A stretch of 64,000 nt of DNA from Alphaproteobacteria bacterium. Lineage in GTDB: Bacteria > Pseudomonadota > Alphaproteobacteria > MPNO01. The translations under genes and the position numbers were made by a program. Positions 59,296-64,000 of this stretch are shown one piece after another. Position 1 is the first letter of the stretch. Each line of letters starts with the position of its first letter. Where the stretch lies: contig OZ219865.1 in NCBI GenBank assembly GCA_964291675.2, forward strand, positions 1,024,001 to 1,088,000, in the 5' to 3' direction. The notes beneath the pieces are model-generated. The model saw nothing but the letters and a program-made list of their open reading frames with translations, did not search any database and was not told where the DNA came from.

Positions 59296-59790
59296 ATGCC
59301 CCAGCTCGAACAGGTCGATACCTTTCTCAGCCAGATCGTCTGGCTGTTCCTCACCTTCGGCGTGCTCTATGTCGTGATACTGCGCTCCGCCCTGCCCCGG
59401 ATCTCGCAGATCCTGGCGACCCGACAGGAGCGCATCGACGGCGATCTGCGCCGCGCGGAGGAGATCAAGGCGGAGGCCGAGTCGGTGCTCGCGGCGTATG
59501 AGGCGGCGGCGGCCAGGGCGCGCGCGGAAGCCCAGGACATCCTGCGCGCGGGCGCCGAACGCTTCGCCGCCGAGGCGGCGGAGAAAAACGAGGCGCTGAC
59601 CCGGCTGCTGGCCGAGCAGGCGGCGGCGGGAGAGGCGCGCATCGGGGCTGCACGGGAGCAGGCGATGACGGAGGTCGAGACCATCGCCGCCGAGCTCGCG
59701 GGGCTCGCCGCCGAACGGCTGACCGGGGCGGCCGCCGACCGGGCTTCGGCCGAGGCCGCGGTCGCCCAGGTGATGGGGGAACGCGGCTGA
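59296..59790 (+). CDS. F0F1 ATP synthase subunit b'
   Basis: MPQL..TFLSQIVWL, LPRI, coiled coil. Confidence 0.92.
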   Translation: MPQLEQVDTFLSQIVWLFLTFGVLYVVILRSALPRISQILATRQERIDGDLRRAEEIKAEAESVLAAYEAAAARARAEAQDILRAGAERFAAEAAEKNEALTRLLAEQAAAGEARIGAAREQAMTEVETIAAELAGLAAERLTGAAADRASAEAAVAQVMGERG

Positions 59791-60272
59791 TGCTGGCGAC
59801 GGCGGAATTCTGGGTCGCGGTGGGGTTCGCGATCCTGGTCGCCGGCATCGCGCGGCCGGCATGGCGCGGCATTACGGCGGCCCTCGATGCGCGCAGCGAG
59901 CGCATCAAGCAGACCCTCGACGAGGCCCGCACGCTGCACGAGGACGCCCAGCACCTGCTCGCGGAATACCAGCGCAAGCAGCGGGACGCCGCGCGCGAGG
60001 CGGAGCAGATGATCGAGCAGGCGCGCATCGAGGCCGAGCGCATCCGGGCCGAGGCGACGGAAGCGCTGGAGCGGACCCTCGAACACCGCCAAGCGCTGGC
60101 GCGCGAAAAGATCGCCCAGGCCGAGGCCGACGCGCTGCGCGAGGTGCGCAACGCCGCCGTCGACATCGCGATCGCCGCGACGGCGAGGGTCATCGGCGAG
60201 CGGCTCGGGGAAGACCGGGCCTCGGCGCTGGTCGACGAAGCGGTCAGGGACCTTCCCAGGCATCTCAACTGA
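59790..60272 (+). CDS. atpF: F0F1 ATP synthase subunit b
   Basis: AEFWVAVGF, LDARSERI, KIAQAE. Confidence 0.93.
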   Translation: MLATAEFWVAVGFAILVAGIARPAWRGITAALDARSERIKQTLDEARTLHEDAQHLLAEYQRKQRDAAREAEQMIEQARIEAERIRAEATEALERTLEHRQALAREKIAQAEADALREVRNAAVDIAIAATARVIGERLGEDRASALVDEAVRDLPRHLN

Positions 60273-60352
60273 GCCGTCGGCGCCATGGCCAAGCGCGCCG
60301 ACCTTTGGCACCATGACGGGCGCCGCCGAGCGGGCGCCCGGAACCCCGGCCG

Positions 60353-61873
60353 ATGAACGCACCAGCCACGAGCTACGCGGATCTCCGCGCCTTCGTCGAA
60401 CGGCTCGAATCCGCGGGCCGGCTGGTGCGCGTCTCCGCCCCGGTCTCCACCGCGCTGGAGATGACCGAGATCCAGACCCGGCTGCTGGCCGAGAAGGGTC
60501 CGGCGGTGATCTTCGAGAACCCGGTGAAGGCGGACGGGGCGCCGTCCGAAATGCCGGTGCTCGCCAATTTGTTCGGCACCGTCGAGCGCGTCGCCTGGGG
60601 GATGGGGCGCGAGCCCGGCACGCTGCGCGCGCTCGGCGAGCAGCTCGCCTTCCTGCGCCAGCCGGAGCCGCCGGGGGGCTGGCGCGAGGCGCTGGACATG
60701 CTGCCTCTGCTCAAGACCGCGATGGCCATGAAGCCGCGCACGGTAAGCCGCGCCCCCTGCCAGGAGGTCGTGCTGACCGGCGCCGACATCGACCTCGCGC
60801 GCCTGCCGGTGCAGATGTGCTGGCCGGGCGAGCCGGCGCCGCTGATCACCTGGCCGCTGGTCGCCACCGCCGATGCGGAAGGCCGCACCAATCTCGGCAT
60901 CTACCGCATGCAGGTCACCGGCCGGAACACCACCCTGATGCGCTGGCTGCGTCATCGCGGCGGCGCCCGCCACCATGCCGAGCGCGCGGAGACCGGCGCG
61001 GGCGGGGCGCGCAGCCTGCCCGCCGCGGCGGTGATCGGCGCCGATCCCGCGACGATCGTTGCCGCGGTGGCGCCGGTGCCGGACACCATGTCGGAATACC
61101 GCTTCGCCGGGCTGCTGCGCGGCCGCCGGCTCGACCTGGTCGACTGCAAGACGGTGCCGCTCAAGGTGCCGGCCGAGGCGGAGATCGTGCTGGAGGGCGA
61201 GGTCTCGCTCGACGAGTACGGCGAGGAAGGTCCCTATGGCGACCACACCGGGTATTACAACGCGGCCGACCGCTTCCCGGTGTTCACGGTCACGGCGATG
61301 ACGATGCGCCGCACGCCGATCTACCTCACCACCTTTACCGGGCGCCCGCCGGACGAGCCCTCGGTGCTCGGCGAAGCCCTCAACGAGGTGTTCGTGCCGC
61401 TGCTCACCCAGCAATTTCCCGAGATCGCCGATTTCTGGCTGCCGCCCGAGGCGTGCAGCTACCGGGTAGCGGTGGTCGCGCTGAGGAAGGCCTATCCCGG
61501 CCATGCCAGGCGGATCATGATGGCCGTCTGGTCCTATCTGCGGCAGTTCATGTACACCAAGTTCGTCATCGTGGTGGATGCCGGGCTGGATGCGCGGCGC
61601 TGGTCCGACGTGGTCTGGGCGATCTCGACCAATGTCGACCCGGCGCGGGACTTGACGGTGATCGAGAACACGCCGATCGACACGCTCGACTTCGCCTCGC
61701 CGGAGCCGGGGCTGGGCGCCAAGCTCGGGATCGACGCGACCACCAAGATCCCGCCCGAGACCTCGCGCCCGTGGGGGCGGCCGATCCGCATGGACGGGGA
61801 CGTGATCGCGGAGGTCACGCGGCGCTGGGCGGAGTACGGCCTGCCCGGCGCGGGCGATCCGATCTGGCGCTGA
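60353..61873 (+). CDS. ubiD: UbiD family (4-hydroxy-3-polyprenylbenzoate) decarboxylase
   Basis: NLGIYRMQ, MRWLRHRGG, EGPYGDHTGYYN, GRPPDEP, YLRQFMYTK. Confidence 0.94.
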   Translation: MNAPATSYADLRAFVERLESAGRLVRVSAPVSTALEMTEIQTRLLAEKGPAVIFENPVKADGAPSEMPVLANLFGTVERVAWGMGREPGTLRALGEQLAFLRQPEPPGGWREALDMLPLLKTAMAMKPRTVSRAPCQEVVLTGADIDLARLPVQMCWPGEPAPLITWPLVATADAEGRTNLGIYRMQVTGRNTTLMRWLRHRGGARHHAERAETGAGGARSLPAAAVIGADPATIVAAVAPVPDTMSEYRFAGLLRGRRLDLVDCKTVPLKVPAEAEIVLEGEVSLDEYGEEGPYGDHTGYYNAADRFPVFTVTAMTMRRTPIYLTTFTGRPPDEPSVLGEALNEVFVPLLTQQFPEIADFWLPPEACSYRVAVVALRKAYPGHARRIMMAVWSYLRQFMYTKFVIVVDAGLDARRWSDVVWAISTNVDPARDLTVIENTPIDTLDFASPEPGLGAKLGIDATTKIPPETSRPWGRPIRMDGDVIAEVTRRWAEYGLPGAGDPIWR

Positions 61874-61938
61874 GCCCCTTGTCCTCGCGCCCTTCGGCCC
61901 AATCTCGTATAAGACCCGGCGCGCAACCGGAGGCCAAG

Positions 61939-63282
61939 ATGTCCACCGTCCCGGACCCCCTCGAGCTCCTCGCAGACCTGCTCTCCGCCGCCAGGCGGGC
62001 GGGCGCCGACAGCGCGGATGCGGTGTTCTTCGAGGCGGCCTCGCTCGCGGTCGCCCAGCGGCTCGGCAAGTCCGAGAAGCTCGAACGCTCGGAAAGCCGC
62101 GATCTCGGGCTCAGGGTGCTGGTGGGCAGGCGGCAGGCGATCGCCTCGACCACCGATTTTGCGCCGGACTCGCTGGATGCGCTGGTCGAACGCGCGCTCG
62201 CGATGGCGCGGGCGGCGCCGGAAGACCCCTATTGCGGGATCGCCGATCCCGGCCAGCTCGCGACACAGGTCGGGGACCTCGACATCTGCGACCGGGACGA
62301 ACCGACGGCCGAGACCCTGGTCGCGCGAGCGCGCGAGGCCGAGGACGCCGCGCGCGCCGTCGAGGGGGTCACCAACTCGGAGGGCGCGGAGGCGGGCTGG
62401 AGCCGCTCGACCATCGCGCTCGCCGCGACCAACGGCTTCGCCCGGCGCTACGCGACATCGTCGCAGAGCATCGCCGCATCGGTGCTGGCCGGCGAAGGCA
62501 CGGCGATGGAACGCGACTACGACTTCCACACCGCGGTCCACGGCGGCGACCTGCGCGCGCCGGTGGAGATCGGCCGCGGCGCCGGGGAGCGCGCGGTGCG
62601 CCGGCTCGGGGCGCGCAAGATCGAGACCGCCCAGGTGCCGGTGGTCTACGACCCCCGCGTTTCGGGCGGGTTGCTGCGCCATCTCTCCAGCGCGATCAAC
62701 GGGCCGTCGGTCGCGCGCGGGACCTCGTTCCTCAAGGACCGGCTGGGACATCGGGTCTTTCCGAAGGGTGTCCGCGTCGTCGACGACCCGCACCGCCCGC
62801 GCGGGCTGCGCTCCAAGCCGTTCGACGCCGAGGGTGTGGCGAATGGCCGCCGCGCGGTGGTCGAGGACGGCGTGCTGAAGACCTGGATCATGGATCTCGC
62901 CTCGGCGCGCCAGCTCGGGCTGGAGACCACGGGTCACGCCGCGCGCGGAACCGCCTCGCCGCCGTCCCCCGCCGTCACCAATCTGTGGATGGAGGCGGGC
63001 GCGGCCTCGCCCGCCGCGCTGATCGGCGGGATCGACAGCGGCTTCTACGTCACCGAGCTGATCGGCATGGGGGTGAACGGGGTGACCGGCGACTACAGCC
63101 GGGGCGCGACCGGGTACTGGATCGAGAACGGCGAGATCGCCTACCCGGTGAGCGAGGTCACGGTGGCCGGCAACCTCAAGGACATGTTCGCCAATCTCAC
63201 CCCAGCCGACGATCTCGAATTCCGCTTCGGCGTCGATGCGCCGACGATCCGCATCGACGGGATGACGATCGCCGGCATCTGA
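61939..63282 (+). CDS. pmbA: TldE/PmbA family protein
   Basis: ERSESRDLGLRV, RGTSFL, PFDAEG, VTGDYSRGA, EVTVAGNL. Confidence 0.92.
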   Translation: MSTVPDPLELLADLLSAARRAGADSADAVFFEAASLAVAQRLGKSEKLERSESRDLGLRVLVGRRQAIASTTDFAPDSLDALVERALAMARAAPEDPYCGIADPGQLATQVGDLDICDRDEPTAETLVARAREAEDAARAVEGVTNSEGAEAGWSRSTIALAATNGFARRYATSSQSIAASVLAGEGTAMERDYDFHTAVHGGDLRAPVEIGRGAGERAVRRLGARKIETAQVPVVYDPRVSGGLLRHLSSAINGPSVARGTSFLKDRLGHRVFPKGVRVVDDPHRPRGLRSKPFDAEGVANGRRAVVEDGVLKTWIMDLASARQLGLETTGHAARGTASPPSPAVTNLWMEAGAASPAALIGGIDSGFYVTELIGMGVNGVTGDYSRGATGYWIENGEIAYPVSEVTVAGNLKDMFANLTPADDLEFRFGVDAPTIRIDGMTIAGI

Positions 63283-63329
63283 GCCCCGCCCCGTGCTAGA
63301 CTCCGGAAGCCATCGTCTCTGGACCGCGC

Positions 63330-64000
63330 ATGACTAGCCCGCACAGCAAAGGCCTGTCGGCGGGGGTGGCCGCCCGGTCGAGCACCGGCGATCTGGTGCG
63401 CCGGCTGCTGCGCGAGCGGATGCGCGGCTACTACGTCGCCGCCACGGGCGCGCTGTTCTTCATGGCGGTGGTTGCCGCGGCGACCGCCGGGAACGCCTGG
63501 CTGATGGAGCCGGCGCTCGACAAGGGTCTCAACGGGCGCGATTGGCAAGTCCTCTATCTGGTCACTCTGGGCGTCCTCGCGCTGGCGCTGCTGAAGGCCG
63601 CCGGGACCTATGTCCAGACGGTCCTGATGGCCCGGGTGGGCGAAGGAATCGTCGCCGACTTCCGGCGCGACATGTATGTCAGGCTGATGCAGGCCGATCT
63701 GGGATTTTTCGCCAATACCCAGACCGGCAACCTGATCGCACGCTTCACCGTCGACGCCTCCATGCTGCGTGTGAACCTGATCCGCGCCATGACGGGCATG
63801 GTCAAGGACACGCTGGAGCTCGTCTTCCTGGTCGGGGTGATGTTCTACCAGGATTGGCTGATGGCGATGGTCGCAGCGGTCGCCTTTCCTCTGTCGATCT
63901 GGCCCATCGTTGCGGTAGGCCGGCGCATAAGAAGCGCCGCCTCGATCACCCAGGCGCGGATGGCCGACCTCACCGTCCGCCTCGACGAGAGCTTCCCGGC
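63330..64000 (+). CDS. MsbA-like ABC exporter, N-terminal transmembrane domain (runs off window)
   Basis: Open frame from ATG 63330: AWLMEPALDK, DLGFF...TGNLIARFTVD, VMFYQDW. Confidence 0.88.
   Translation, partial: MTSPHSKGLSAGVAARSSTGDLVRRLLRERMRGYYVAATGALFFMAVVAAATAGNAWLMEPALDKGLNGRDWQVLYLVTLGVLALALLKAAGTYVQTVLMARVGEGIVADFRRDMYVRLMQADLGFFANTQTGNLIARFTVDASMLRVNLIRAMTGMVKDTLELVFLVGVMFYQDWLMAMVAAVAFPLSIWPIVAVGRRIRSAASITQARMADLTVRLDESFP

Noticed and set aside
1-64000. Many long overlapping ORFs in the track (e.g. 43334..47734 -, 36197..38995 +, 19652..21979 -)
   Set aside because: These are antisense or off-frame shadows of real genes in high-GC DNA; they are Arg/Pro/Gly-rich and show no family motifs.

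Overview
A very GC-rich Alphaproteobacterial chromosome segment; the gene order resembles Rhodospirillales and relatives (inferred from synteny, not checked against a database). The core scaffold is rsmA/gmk/yicC, rmuC, mltG-fabF-acpP-fabG-fabD, rpsF-rpsR-DUF2232-rplI and NAD kinase on the left, and rnhB/mutY/dciA/dsbA/smc, atpI-B-E-b'-b, ubiD, pmbA and an MsbA-like ABC transporter on the right. A formamidase island sits between fabD and rpsF. About 15.4-51.3 kb is accessory: CoA-dependent and N-heterocycle catabolism, ABC/TRAP transporters and two orphan molybdenum-hydroxylase large subunits. The most notable observations are: (1) a translationally coupled three-gene operon (SAM methyltransferase + minimal SF1 helicase + large protein with a C-terminal AlkB dioxygenase) that matches no system I recognise; (2) a nested mobile structure in which an IS110 element sits in the terminal inverted repeat of a MITE-like element, itself inserted in a REP palindrome, and the IS110 non-coding end carries short segments identical to its own target and donor junctions (bridge-RNA-like); (3) a NYN/PIN nuclease gene preceded by a promoter and a ~55-nt RNA with two UUCG hairpins (candidate RNA antitoxin); (4) a glutathione S-transferase with an in-frame TGA at the catalytic Cys plus a SECIS-like hairpin (candidate selenoprotein); (5) an orphan T7-type lysozyme behind a promoter-terminator cassette. 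Several single-base frameshifts (fabD, IS110, NYN) may be assembly errors. I saw no tRNA, rRNA or CRISPR array. All calls come from motif recognition by eye; no database search was run.
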